A stretch of 63,495 nucleotides of DNA from Terracidiphilus sp. (GTDB lineage Bacteria; Acidobacteriota; Terriglobia; Terriglobales; Acidobacteriaceae): positions 1 through 63,495 of the forward strand of contig DATNHL010000287.1 of NCBI GenBank assembly GCA_035604995.1, given 5' to 3'. Made by a program: the position numbers and the translations under genes. The notes under the pieces were generated by a model. The model did not search any database. It saw only the letters and a program-made list of their open reading frames with translations, and was not told where the DNA came from. The first letter of the stretch is position 1, and the number at the start of each line of letters is the position of its first letter. This document shows positions 20,441-29,605 of the stretch, piece after piece.

Positions 20441-20929
20441 CTATCCAGCCACCTGCCCGTGGCCGAGCCAGCGGCGGAGGTAGGCGGCCTGACCGACGTG
20501 ATAGGACTCGTGCAGAGCCAGAAAACTGACCACGCCGCTCAGCTTTCCGTCGAAGTTCGGAATCCTCTCAGGACCGGGCGCCGACAAAGCCTCGGGAGAT
20601 GCGTCTTCAAGCGCCGCATTCAAAGACATCGTGACCTCCTTCCAGGCGAGGACCATCTCCTCTGGCGATGGATACTCGCCGGGTGCGGCAAGCTTTGCCC
20701 CTCGTGCAAACAGCGGCAACCAGGGCCGGGACCAGGACGAGCCAAGGAGCCCGAGGACGTTGGCTCGAGCCCAGATGATGTGTCCGGCGATCCAGATCAT
20801 CGGATTCACGGATTCGCTTGGGCGGGTCTGCCATTCTTCAGGGGTGAGGCCCGCGAAACTCTTCTCGAAGAGGTCGGCATTGAGGCGATAACTTCCGGCG
20901 GCGTGGACAATCTGACTGGCTACGGGCAT
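20441..20929 (-). CDS. DinB/YfiT family protein
   Basis: NPMIWIAGHI and LHESYHVGQ His motifs; SD aaggaga. Confidence 0.88.
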   Translation of the reverse strand: MPVASQIVHAAGSYRLNADLFEKSFAGLTPEEWQTRPSESVNPMIWIAGHIIWARANVLGLLGSSWSRPWLPLFARGAKLAAPGEYPSPEEMVLAWKEVTMSLNAALEDASPEALSAPGPERIPNFDGKLSGVVSFLALHESYHVGQAAYLRRWLGHGQVAG

Positions 20930-20999
20930 TGGCGATTCTCCTTTAAGAACTGTTGTGGCCACGGGCTGAGGCACACGTCCGACTGCTGCTTGGACAAAT

Positions 21000-21776
21000 T
21001 TACAGATGGACGGCGCGCGGCATGGGAAACACTTCGTAGCGGAATCCCTTGCCGGCCAGCATCACGGGATCGTTGGCGGTGAGGCCCTCGACCTCCGCCG
21101 CGTCGGATACCCGCAGGAGGCCCATGCCCCAGCCGCCGGCCGGGTCGGCAACGGGGCCGAAGGCGATGATCTTGCCCTCGGCCATCTTCCCTGTCCAATA
21201 AGCGACGTGCGACTGCATGAGGGCGCGTTCATCGGCGGTCATGTCCTGCATGAAGCTGAGACGCGGCGCGAGCAGCTTGAAGAGGAAGTAGTGTACGGCC
21301 GCAGGGGCCGGGCGAAGGTCGGCCTGAAGCCAGCCAAGCACGCGGCGCCAGCCGGAGGTGTGTGCGTTGCAGGCTGCAACGCGGCCGGCAAAGCCCTCGT
21401 GATGCAACGTGAGCCGGGTTCCCTGCTCCAACGGCTCCAGCAGGTAGGTCACGCGCGTCTCGTTGGGAGCATCCCAGTCTGCGCGCCAGGTGAAGACCAG
21501 CTTGCGGGGAACATCGACCTCGGCAAACTCGCCCTCTACTTTGTAGGCTCGCCCGTCGGCCATGCGACCGCCGGCGCGCCACTTGCCGTCGGGGCGTACA
21601 TCCGCCTCCCAAAGCGTGGTCCGGTGGTCGTTGTCAGAACCCCACCAGCGCAGGACGTCCTTGGCGCGCGTGAGCGCCTCAAAGACCCGCTCGGGGGCGG
21701 CGGCGATCTCGACCGTCGCCAAAATGATTCCATGCTCTTTGTCCGCAATGACGCTGGGTCCCATGGCCAAACTCAT
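21000..21776 (-). CDS. SRPBCC (AHSA1) domain fused to YciI-like domain
   Basis: IAAAPERVFEALT...KLVFTW...TRLTLHHEGF; C-terminal MQSHVAYW...FGPVADP...NDP. Confidence 0.85.
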   Translation of the reverse strand: MSLAMGPSVIADKEHGIILATVEIAAAPERVFEALTRAKDVLRWWGSDNDHRTTLWEADVRPDGKWRAGGRMADGRAYKVEGEFAEVDVPRKLVFTWRADWDAPNETRVTYLLEPLEQGTRLTLHHEGFAGRVAACNAHTSGWRRVLGWLQADLRPAPAAVHYFLFKLLAPRLSFMQDMTADERALMQSHVAYWTGKMAEGKIIAFGPVADPAGGWGMGLLRVSDAAEVEGLTANDPVMLAGKGFRYEVFPMPRAVHL

Positions 21777-22129
21777 TCCGATCCTCCTGTTTCCTTTTCA
21801 AGATGACGCTTCAGGCGGGTAAGGCTTGCCTGCCAGAACACTCGATACTCCTCGATCCACTGAGCGACGTCGCGCAGGGGCTCCGGCTCGAGGGAGTAGC
21901 GCCGCTCGCGGCCGCAGCGGCGCTCCCTGACCAGGTGAGCCGAGCGCAGGACGCGCAGATGCTTGCTGACGGCGGGGCGGCTCTGGCTGAAATCCGACGC
22001 CAGCGCATTGACCGCAACCGGACCACCCCGCAGCCGGTCGAGAATTGCGCGGCGCGTGGGGTCGGCGATAGCCCGATAAACATCGGGAGAAATGGCTTTA
22101 GCCGGCGCATGTTGAAGATACGTAACCAT
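21773..22129 (-). CDS. ArsR/SmtB family transcriptional regulator
   Basis: YRAIADPTRRAILDRL, SRPAVSKHLRVL; ATGA overlap with SRPBCC gene. Confidence 0.92.
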   Translation of the reverse strand: MVTYLQHAPAKAISPDVYRAIADPTRRAILDRLRGGPVAVNALASDFSQSRPAVSKHLRVLRSAHLVRERRCGRERRYSLEPEPLRDVAQWIEEYRVFWQASLTRLKRHLEKETGGSE

Positions 22130-22168
22130 ATGGTTACGTAATATTGCATCTGAATCCGGGCTTGTCAA
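22119..22168 (-). promoter_or_regulatory. ArsR operator (22-bp perfect palindrome) and sigma70-like promoter
   Basis: tacgtaaccat-atggttacgta at 22119-22140 covers the start codon; minus-strand TTGACA at 22168-22163. Confidence 0.75.
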
Positions 22169-22245
22169 CAGAGAATTTCAGGCCGGCTCGAACCGGGAAG
22201 ACCGACGCACTGGCCCCCAGGCGCTTGGTTTGCGCAACTGGCGGT

Positions 22246-22287
22246 AAAAAAACGGAAAGGGCGAAGCGGTTCGTCCCGCCTCGCCCT
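22246..22287 (-). terminator. Rho-independent terminator of blaI/M56 operon
   Basis: 12-bp stem agggcgaagcgg/ccgcctcgccct (one GU on minus strand) followed by a T-rich tract on the minus strand. Confidence 0.6.
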
Positions 22288-22320
22288 GTATTTCCGGCTT
22301 GCAAGTCGTGTTGCGTGAAG

Positions 22321-24477
22321 CTATTCCACCGGTCGCGCCTTGCCGTTGTGCAGGCTCTGGTCGATGATGGACTTCACCTTGCGATCGGCTTCCTCGGCCA
22401 GCTTTCCCTGCTGCTCGCCCAAGCGGCCCTGCTCCTCGCCCAGCTTGCCCTGCTCTTCGCCGAGCTTGCCCTGCATTTCGCCAAGGTGGCCCTGTTTCTC
22501 CCCCATCTCGCCTTGCAATTCGCCCAACCGGCCCTGAATGTCGCCGATCTTCTCTTCGATCTCGGCCAATTCCTCCTCGCTGACGGTGCTTCCCTTCTTT
22601 GCGTCGAGCTTGGCCACGGCTTCGTTCAGGCGGGCCATCTCTTTGGAGATGTCGGGAGTGGGCACGCGGGCCTGCTCCTGTTTGCGGCCCATCTCTTCCT
22701 GCTGACGGCCCAGCTCCTCCTGCTTCTTCCCCAGCGCTTCCTGCTGGCGGCCGAGCTCCTCCATGGGCTTGTACATGGCTTCAACCTGGCCAATGATCGC
22801 CGGGTCGTCGATGAAGTACGACTTGCCTTCATGAGTGAACCAGAGGAACTTTCCTTGGGTCAGTTTGCGGATTTTGTTGATGTCCTCCCGCGTGCTGTTG
22901 TGCCAGTCTCCGGAGAAGGCCACGCGGTCGCCCGGACCGGTAACCAGCACCCACGAATCGCCATCGGAGGAGTACGAGTAGGAGTAGCTGGGGCTGATGG
23001 TGGCGCCCTTGCCGCTGGTGGCGATGGTGTAGGTGTTGGTCCTGGTTCGAGTCTTGAGGATCAAGTGCCCGGTGGTCACGGTCGAATTCTGGTCATCGGC
23101 AGAGAGATCGATCTCCGCCGGCGGAGGCGGTGCATCCGCAGGGGCTCCAGGAGGAATCGTGGCAGCCGCTGGAGCGGGCGGCATCGGAGGCGCGGCCGGA
23201 TCAGCCGGCGCGGGCGGGGCCTGATCGGCGCTCATCGCCGGCGCGGACGGCGCTGCAGCAGGAGTCGGAGCCGGATTGGGAGCTGCGGCCGGATTGGGGG
23301 CTGAAGCCGGCGCCGGGGGCGGCGGCGCGGCCTGGCCGGATGCGGCGGCCTCCACGCGAACCAATGCGGTGGCTGCGAACAGCGCTGCTGGAACCAGCAG
23401 CACAGCCAGCAACATGCGGCGGCGGCTGGCGGCAAAGGCCTGGCGGAAACGGGATTCATCGAGGAAACGTTCCATGCGTTGGGAGAGATTGCTGCTGCGT
23501 GCCATGGCGACTCCTATGAGGGTTGGGCGCGGCAAGGCCGCGAATTCAAGCAGAAGCTGGGCGTATGAGGTGCGGCTGGCGGCTTCTTCCAGGCCGGCGC
23601 GGTCGCTGATGGCTTCGCCCAGGTCGGAGAGCTTGCGTTTGAGCCACCAGCCCAGGGGGCTGAACCAGAAGATGGCCGCGTAAAGGCAGGCCAGCAGTTG
23701 CAGATAAAAGTCTCCCTGGCGGACGTGGGCGCGCTCATGGGCCAGCACGATGCGCTGTTTCTCCGCGGCCCAACCTAGACAGTCAGCCGGCAGAATCACG
23801 CCCGAGCCGATGGTGACCGGGGAGGCAACGGAAAAACTGAAACGCAGACGCAGACCAGCGCCCGGATTGTTCTCAGGATTTGGCCCCAGGCCTGCCTCGA
23901 ACGGCTCGGAAGCCAGCCAAAGCCTTGCCGCCATGGCGAGACCGTAGAGCATGCGAATCAACAGCACGGCGCAGACCGCCAGATAGAGGAAAGTGGCCAG
24001 CATTCCCGGAGCCGGGAGACGGAAGCGCGATTGCGGCGCGGCACTGATGGAAAGCTCCGGAGCGGTTTGGAATTGAGCCTCAACATGCTGAACCTGGGAG
24101 TCCGAAGCGAGCTTGCCGGTTGAAATGGTGGGCGCCGGGAAACGGTCACCAGCGCCCCGCTCACGCCGAAGCGGCGCGGAGAATTTTGGCTGCGCATCCG
24201 GAAATTCGGCAGCAGGCGCGGACGACTGCCCAGCCACAGCGATTGGCGAGGATTCCGGCGTCGTTCCCCACGAGATTGCCGGGACCCGTACCGTCAGGGA
24301 GGTCGGCAGCAAGTGCCAGCGCATCACGAGCGGCATGGCGGCGGCGCAGGCCAGGACCAGCCCCCAGGCAATCTTCTGCGCCGGCACGTTGCCCACGCGG
24401 AAGAGGCACAGCCCGGCCCAGACCGTCAGCGCCACGACGAGCGCCCGTAATGCAGCTTCAATCAACACTGGAATCAT
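22321..24477 (-). CDS. BlaR1/MecR1-like M56 metallopeptidase with Pro/Ala linker and coiled-coil C-terminus
   Basis: TM segments, LAHERAHV (HExxH), FWFSPLGWWL, EAISD; heptad LGEEQGK repeats. Confidence 0.9.
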   Translation of the reverse strand: MIPVLIEAALRALVVALTVWAGLCLFRVGNVPAQKIAWGLVLACAAAMPLVMRWHLLPTSLTVRVPAISWGTTPESSPIAVAGQSSAPAAEFPDAQPKFSAPLRRERGAGDRFPAPTISTGKLASDSQVQHVEAQFQTAPELSISAAPQSRFRLPAPGMLATFLYLAVCAVLLIRMLYGLAMAARLWLASEPFEAGLGPNPENNPGAGLRLRFSFSVASPVTIGSGVILPADCLGWAAEKQRIVLAHERAHVRQGDFYLQLLACLYAAIFWFSPLGWWLKRKLSDLGEAISDRAGLEEAASRTSYAQLLLEFAALPRPTLIGVAMARSSNLSQRMERFLDESRFRQAFAASRRRMLLAVLLVPAALFAATALVRVEAAASGQAAPPPPAPASAPNPAAAPNPAPTPAAAPSAPAMSADQAPPAPADPAAPPMPPAPAAATIPPGAPADAPPPPAEIDLSADDQNSTVTTGHLILKTRTRTNTYTIATSGKGATISPSYSYSYSSDGDSWVLVTGPGDRVAFSGDWHNSTREDINKIRKLTQGKFLWFTHEGKSYFIDDPAIIGQVEAMYKPMEELGRQQEALGKKQEELGRQQEEMGRKQEQARVPTPDISKEMARLNEAVAKLDAKKGSTVSEEELAEIEEKIGDIQGRLGELQGEMGEKQGHLGEMQGKLGEEQGKLGEEQGRLGEQQGKLAEEADRKVKSIIDQSLHNGKARPVE

Positions 24478-24914
24478 GGTCTTCCCCCTTTTGCCCGCTC
24501 CTTCGGGGCTTTGGGATCAGCGGCATTCTTCTGGGCCATGGCGATCCGATCGGCCAGGCGTTGCAACTCGGCCCGGTCCAGGACCTTCGAATCCACCATC
24601 CCCACCAGCAGCGCCTCGACCGAGCCCTCGCAGAACCAGTCCACAATGCGCTTGACGGCGCGGCCGGCTACCCGCTGCCGCGACTGGGCCGGACGGTAGA
24701 CAAAGGTACGCTCCTCGACCGAATGCGCCAGGTAGCCCTTTTCTTCGAGTCGCCTGAGTACGGTTCGGATGGTCGAGTCCTTGAGCGGCCGGCCAAGCTC
24801 CTCGCGGACCTGGTCCGCGGTAACTTCGGCCCTGCGCCAGACAATGGAGAGAATGCTGCGCTCCAGTTCCCCCAACTCCGCCGGATCGTGACCTGCTCGG
24901 GTGTTACTATCCAT
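24474..24914 (-). CDS. BlaI/MecI/CopY family repressor
   Basis: LGELERSILSIVW, STIRTVLRRLEEKGYL, FCEGSVEALL; ATGA overlap with M56 gene. Confidence 0.93.
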   Translation of the reverse strand: MDSNTRAGHDPAELGELERSILSIVWRRAEVTADQVREELGRPLKDSTIRTVLRRLEEKGYLAHSVEERTFVYRPAQSRQRVAGRAVKRIVDWFCEGSVEALLVGMVDSKVLDRAELQRLADRIAMAQKNAADPKAPKERAKGGRP

Positions 24915-24934
24915 AGTGTTACTGACTGTAACAC
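24901..24934. promoter_or_regulatory. Putative BlaI-type operator
   Basis: Palindrome gtgttac-tgact-gtaacac (24916-24934) next to the start codon; second gtgttact half-site at 24901. Confidence 0.65.
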
Positions 24935-25066
24935 ACAAGAAAGGTGAGCGCGCAAGAACTTTCTTGCGAATTTTTCTCGGGGTGCAGGCCAAGGGGGCGC
25001 CTTCGTGGATTGGCAGCGAAGATTCTCGAGGAGGCTAATTCCGTGCCGTCAGGTCACTGATGCTTG

Positions 25067-25089
25067 ATAACCCAATCGGTTTGGGTTAT
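25067..25089. promoter_or_regulatory. Palindromic operator of DUF4160/DUF2442 pair
   Basis: ataacccaa-tcggt-ttgggttat immediately before ATG 25091. Confidence 0.6.
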
Positions 25090-25090
25090 T

Positions 25091-25354
25091 ATGATCCAAA
25101 TCGGTTCGATCCGGTTCGACGGCGTAAGGTTTGTGGCGTACACAATGGACCACGAGCCTCGGCATGTGCATGGTTTCTACGCCGAGGTGGAGGTGATCGC
25201 GGATCTTCGCCCAGACGGGACGGTGTCGCTGGCAAACAGGACTGATGCCATCAGGCCGAGCAAGGGAAGCAAGTCGGATGTGCACCATGTTTTGACGGTC
25301 GCCGCAAATCACTTTGACGAACTTGTATCTGTTTGGGAGAAGCATCATGGCTGA
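25091..25354 (+). CDS. DUF4160 family protein (putative toxin)
   Basis: YTMDHEPRHVH motif, terminal W; overlaps DUF2442 gene. Confidence 0.8.
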   Translation: MIQIGSIRFDGVRFVAYTMDHEPRHVHGFYAEVEVIADLRPDGTVSLANRTDAIRPSKGSKSDVHHVLTVAANHFDELVSVWEKHHG

Positions 25355-25778
25355 GCATGAAGTGATGACAACCGATGCCGAGATTGAAGCCGCGCTGGAG
25401 AGGGCGAAGCTCCACGGCAACGACCCATGCGCGCAAACCGTCGAGCACATCCCTCGGCTCAACCTGCTCATCGTCGGGCTCAGCAACGGCCGCCGGCTCG
25501 TGCTTCCGATAGAAGATCTGCAGGGGCTGGGCAGGGCCACGCACAAGCAGATTCAGAATTACGAATTGCTCGGCCACGGAACCGGCATCAGCTTTCCAGA
25601 GATTGACGTTGACCTCTATGTTCCCGCCCTGATCGAAGGCGTGTATGGAAACCGCCGTTGGATGGCGGAGTTGGGCAAGAAGGGCGGGAGGGCCAAAACT
25701 GAGGCCAAACGGCTGGCTGCCAAGGCAAACGGCGCCAAGGGTGGAAGGCCAAAGAGAACCGCCGCGGCCAACACCTAA
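25347..25778 (+). CDS. DUF2442 family protein (putative antitoxin)
   Basis: GTGISFPEIDVDLYVPALIEG, C-terminal ANGAKGGRPK. Confidence 0.85.
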   Translation: MAEHEVMTTDAEIEAALERAKLHGNDPCAQTVEHIPRLNLLIVGLSNGRRLVLPIEDLQGLGRATHKQIQNYELLGHGTGISFPEIDVDLYVPALIEGVYGNRRWMAELGKKGGRAKTEAKRLAAKANGAKGGRPKRTAAANT

Positions 25779-25876
25779 GCAAAGTAGGACAGTGCCCCTG
25801 GGATTGGCCGGGTGCCAGCTTCGCGTGTTCCTGTTTTGCTTATTGATCCGGCCCCAAAGGATTGCATCACACAAAA

Positions 25877-25918
25877 AGCTGTCATCCTGAGCGTAGCGCA
25901 GCGGAGTCGAAGGATCTG
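25877..25918. repeat. REP-like repeat (GTCATCCTGAGC...GAAGGATCT type)
   Basis: gtcatcctgagcgtagcgcagcggagtcgaaggatctg; its end matches 17870-17885 in reverse at 15/16. Confidence 0.7.
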
Positions 25919-25997
25919 TGGTTGCCTTTGCCTCTCCCAGTTACAACCCAATAGGGCCGGATCAATAGCGCCCCTGCTCTGGGTGTTTTCTGTGACC

Positions 25998-26924
25998 ATG
26001 AGCGAGGTATCCATATTTTCCGGAGTCATTCGAGACGAAATTGCACACACGGAATTGCTCTTCAATCTGCTGCGTTGCTCTGACGCGTTCTTGGCGCAAT
26101 TCTATTATTTTATAACTCGAAGAAGACTCCCTGAGGGAGAGCGGAAGATATACAGTCAGCTCCGCATGGGAGATGACGGGCGCCCCGACATCGTTTTCGA
26201 CTTCGGCGAAAATGTCCCAAAGGTCATCGTCGAGGTCAAAGTTCGAAGCAGTTGTCTCCCGACCGCTCTCCAGATCAACAAGGCAAGCGGCTCTGGCTAC
26301 AGGAATCGGGGCGAGGTGTACTTTCTAGTGCCCGGTGGCTGGAAGCATCGCGACGAGGTCACCCGAAGCGAGATGCGCCTATGAGAGGATCTTGTGGCGT
26401 GTCTCAGGACACAAGCGGACTTCAAGGGTGACGCCATTCTTCATGAGTATCAGCTGCTGCTGGACCGGGAGTTCCCTTCGATAAGCTTTAACGGGCCGGA
26501 AAGGAAAGTGATGAACGCGGACGATCTACAGAGCTTCATAGCTTCAGCCATCAAGCTGCACAAGGTTGTCGACTCGCTTGCGCAGCGGTTCCAAAATCTG
26601 ACCATAGAAGGTCAGAGGCTTACGACAGAAGGGGAAATATCAGATTCAGAGTACGGCTAATACATCAAGAACAAAACCAAAAACGAGTATCTTCTATGGT
26701 TTGGGATGTGGAGCAATTACGGGTTCCTGCTTGGCGCAGGCTACCAGACTAAGTGGCATCCCTTGAGAGGCTTCGAGGGGTTCGTCCCTGACGAAAAAGG
26801 TGATTGGCAGCTGAAATCGCTAAACGACCTTGTGCTCAACGAAGCCGAGGGTGTTGATGTGGTCCAGTCGGCGTATGATCGGCTGGAAGCCGTCCTCAAA
26901 AAAATTCTTTGCGCTAAGATTTGA
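25998..26924 (+). pseudogene. PD-(D/E)XK nuclease-like gene with two in-frame stops
   Basis: GRPDIV...IVEVK motif; three track ORFs lie in one frame, split by TGA 26382-26384 and TAA 26658-26660; lower GC. Confidence 0.75.
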
Positions 26925-26960
26925 GGCATGCTTCAACCCGGCGTCAGAAGTTTGGCCTTC

Positions 26961-27239
26961 CTACGCCGCCCGATTGAAAGGCTCGATCTTTGGCCGCTTC
27001 TTTTTGGAGGCTTGCCACAAGTCGTAGTCGGTTTGCAGTTCATACCAGATTGCAGCGTGGGTTCCGAGAGCGGCAGAGAGACGCAGCGACATATCGGCAG
27101 AGATGCCCGCCTTGCCGTTCAGCACGCGGGAAAGCGCCGCGCGGGATACCTGCAAGTGCTTTGCGGCAGTGGTTACGTCTATGTCTCCCAGGAACTCCCG
27201 AAGCACCTTCCCTGGGTGCGGCGGATTGTGCATGCGCAT
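26961..27239 (-). CDS. higA: HigA family antitoxin (XRE HTH)
   Basis: MHNPPHPGKVLREF, AKHLQVSRAALSRVLNG, LQTDYDLW; SD aggagg. Confidence 0.95.
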   Translation of the reverse strand: MRMHNPPHPGKVLREFLGDIDVTTAAKHLQVSRAALSRVLNGKAGISADMSLRLSAALGTHAAIWYELQTDYDLWQASKKKRPKIEPFNRAA

Positions 27240-27252
27240 CACGCTATTCCTC

Positions 27253-27531
27253 CTAGTGGTAGTCCTGGTAGTCAACGAGAATCACGTTCTCGCCTTCAAA
27301 GGCGAATGTCAATCGCCAGTTGCCGTTCACCTTCACTGCCCAATGGTTCTTCAGGTCACCGCGCAAGCGGTGCAATTCCCATCCCGGCGCATCCATATCT
27401 TTTGCAGTCCTAGCTCGATTCAGCTGAAATAGCTGCACTGACAGCTTTACTGCATGAGAGGGCTGAATCCCAGCTTTGCTTCCGGTCAAGAAGAACTTCT
27501 CAATGCCGGTGTGCCGGAAGCTCTTGATCAT
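27253..27531 (-). CDS. higB: HigB family toxin (RelE/ParE superfamily)
   Basis: MIKSFRH, LHRLRGDL, VKVNGNWRLTF, DYQDYH; toxin-first order. Confidence 0.95.
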   Translation of the reverse strand: MIKSFRHTGIEKFFLTGSKAGIQPSHAVKLSVQLFQLNRARTAKDMDAPGWELHRLRGDLKNHWAVKVNGNWRLTFAFEGENVILVDYQDYH

Positions 27532-27658
27532 ACTGTATAGTGGAGCGCGTCACTCCTCAGAAGTCAAGTGGTAATTCCGAAACCCATCCTCGATCCCGGT
27601 ATCGGCACTGCCGAGTTTGGGCCTTGACGCACGGTCTTCCTGTTTCGAGAAATCACCC

Positions 27659-29527
27659 TCAGGCCGTGGCTGCGGCGGCCAGCTTGGCCGGGGCGGCCAG
27701 GTTGGGATCGTCGGGGATGAAGATCTGAAAGACGGTGCCGGCGGTCTGCCCCGCAAGCGCCGTACGGCTGCGCAGGCGCACCAGCCCGTGGTGCTTGACG
27801 ATAATCTCGTGGCTCACCCACAGACCCAGGCCGGTTCCGGTCACTTCCTTCGTGGTGAAGAAGGCCTCGAAGGCGCGCTCGCGGACCTCCGGCTCCATCC
27901 CCGTGCCGGTGTCGGCCACCACAAAGCGGACTCCGGTCTGTTCCGGGTCCTTCCAGTTGCGCGAGCGCCGCGCGCGAATCGCCAGCCGTCCACCGGCCGT
28001 GGTGGCATCGATGGCGTTGCCCACCAGGTTGGCGAAGACCTGGCGCAGCTCCCCGGCAAAGCAGAAGAGGTCCATCTCCGCGTCGTAATCCCGCTCCACC
28101 TGGATGTTCAGCGTACTCAGGCGGCCGTTGTAGAGGCTGAGCACGGAGTCCAGCAGCTCGCCCAGGTTGGCGCGCGTGGGCAAAGTGGATTGACGGTAAA
28201 AGCGCAGCGTTTGCTGGGTAATCTCGGCAATGCGCTGGGCTTCGTGCTGGGCCATGGCTACGTAGTTCGATGCCGTGTCCTCAAGCTGGCAAAAGTTCTC
28301 GAGCAGGAAGAGCAGGTTGGTGATGGCCTCGAGCGGATTGTTGATCTCGTGGGCGATGGAAGCAGCCAGGCGGCCGGTTGCGGCCAGCTTCTCCGTCTTG
28401 CGCAGGGCTTCTTCGCTGCGCTTCCGGTCGCTGGCGTCCAGCACAATCACACCCACCCAGCGCACCTGCTGGGGATTGGTCCTGACTGGATAGGCGCTGG
28501 CCAGCCAGGTCCAGCCCCGCTTGAGCGGACCGCCCTGCCCGCTCAACTCCAGGTTGCGCACCGGTCCCTCTTCTGCAAAGACGCGCAGCACGGTGTTTTC
28601 CAGCTCCTGCGCCACCGGCTGGGGCAGCAGTTCCGGCAGCGTGCGCCCCAGGTGGCGGCTCAGGCTCACTCCGGTCATATCCGCAAAGACCTGGTTGACC
28701 CGCACAAACCGGCAGCGGCGGTCAAAGAAGGCCAGCCCGATGGGCGCGTTGGCCAGCATCGAATCCAGCAGAGACAGGGTGTCGTTGAGCCCCGACCGCT
28801 GCTCCGCAATGGAAGCCACCATGCGGTTGAACGCCTCGATCAGCTCGCCGATCTCGTTGTGCACCGCCACCGGAAGAGGAAAATTGTCGCTCTGCTCGGG
28901 CGCGTTCATCAGCGCGCGCGTGCCCCGGTGCAGGATAGCCAGCGGCTGCGAGATGGAACGGGCCATCAACAATACCAGCAGGGCCGAAGCCACAATCCAA
29001 ATCCCGCCGAAGATGAAAGTGCCGCGCAGAACCGAGTTTAGCTGTTGAAAATCCCAGGCGCGATCTGACTCCACCCAGGCGAAGCCGCGCAAGTCGCCGC
29101 CAGTAACAATGGGCTTGACCCCCTCCCATCGATCTCCTTGAAAGACAAAGACTCGCGGTTCGTTCGGGGCGACGAGCGGAATCTGCGCACGCTCGGCCGG
29201 ATCAAGCGTAGTCGTCTCCGGCTCTCCCTCGCTGACAAAGAGAACATTGCCGGCAGGGTCAGTGACTTTGGCAAAAGACACGCTGGGCGCCTCGCCCATC
29301 ATCTTCACGGATAACCCAACCCAGCCGGGCCGCTGTTGTTGCAGAGCCTCGGAGGCCTGCAGCGCCATGGAGTTGGCCTCATGCGCCAGCCGTTGCAGCA
29401 TGTGCTCGTGCACTTCGTGAGCCTGCTGGCGAATCAGCAGCGCCGCAAACAGGCCGATCGAAAGCGCCTCCAGCAGCACCAGGCCTGCCAGCATCTGCCA
29501 CCGGATTGTTCGCGGCCACCAGCGCAT
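27659..29527 (-). CDS. Membrane sensor histidine kinase (HAMP-PAS-HisKA-HATPase)
   Basis: Two TMs, HAMP EIGELIEAFNRM, H-box IAHEINNPL, DTGTGM, FFTTK, GTGLGL. Confidence 0.93.
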   Translation of the reverse strand: MRWWPRTIRWQMLAGLVLLEALSIGLFAALLIRQQAHEVHEHMLQRLAHEANSMALQASEALQQQRPGWVGLSVKMMGEAPSVSFAKVTDPAGNVLFVSEGEPETTTLDPAERAQIPLVAPNEPRVFVFQGDRWEGVKPIVTGGDLRGFAWVESDRAWDFQQLNSVLRGTFIFGGIWIVASALLVLLMARSISQPLAILHRGTRALMNAPEQSDNFPLPVAVHNEIGELIEAFNRMVASIAEQRSGLNDTLSLLDSMLANAPIGLAFFDRRCRFVRVNQVFADMTGVSLSRHLGRTLPELLPQPVAQELENTVLRVFAEEGPVRNLELSGQGGPLKRGWTWLASAYPVRTNPQQVRWVGVIVLDASDRKRSEEALRKTEKLAATGRLAASIAHEINNPLEAITNLLFLLENFCQLEDTASNYVAMAQHEAQRIAEITQQTLRFYRQSTLPTRANLGELLDSVLSLYNGRLSTLNIQVERDYDAEMDLFCFAGELRQVFANLVGNAIDATTAGGRLAIRARRSRNWKDPEQTGVRFVVADTGTGMEPEVRERAFEAFFTTKEVTGTGLGLWVSHEIIVKHHGLVRLRSRTALAGQTAGTVFQIFIPDDPNLAAPAKLAAAATA

Positions 29528-29605
29528 AACAGAGGACTCAAGCCCCGACCGACCGATCATCCAGAGTTGCCGGCATTGGCGCACAACCGGCGTCTCGTCT
29601 TCGCT

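Noticed and set aside
26382-26384. Selenocysteine or alternative-code readthrough of TGA
   Set aside because: Context suggests Trp, a second stop (TAA) is in the same frame, and TGA ends many normal genes in the window
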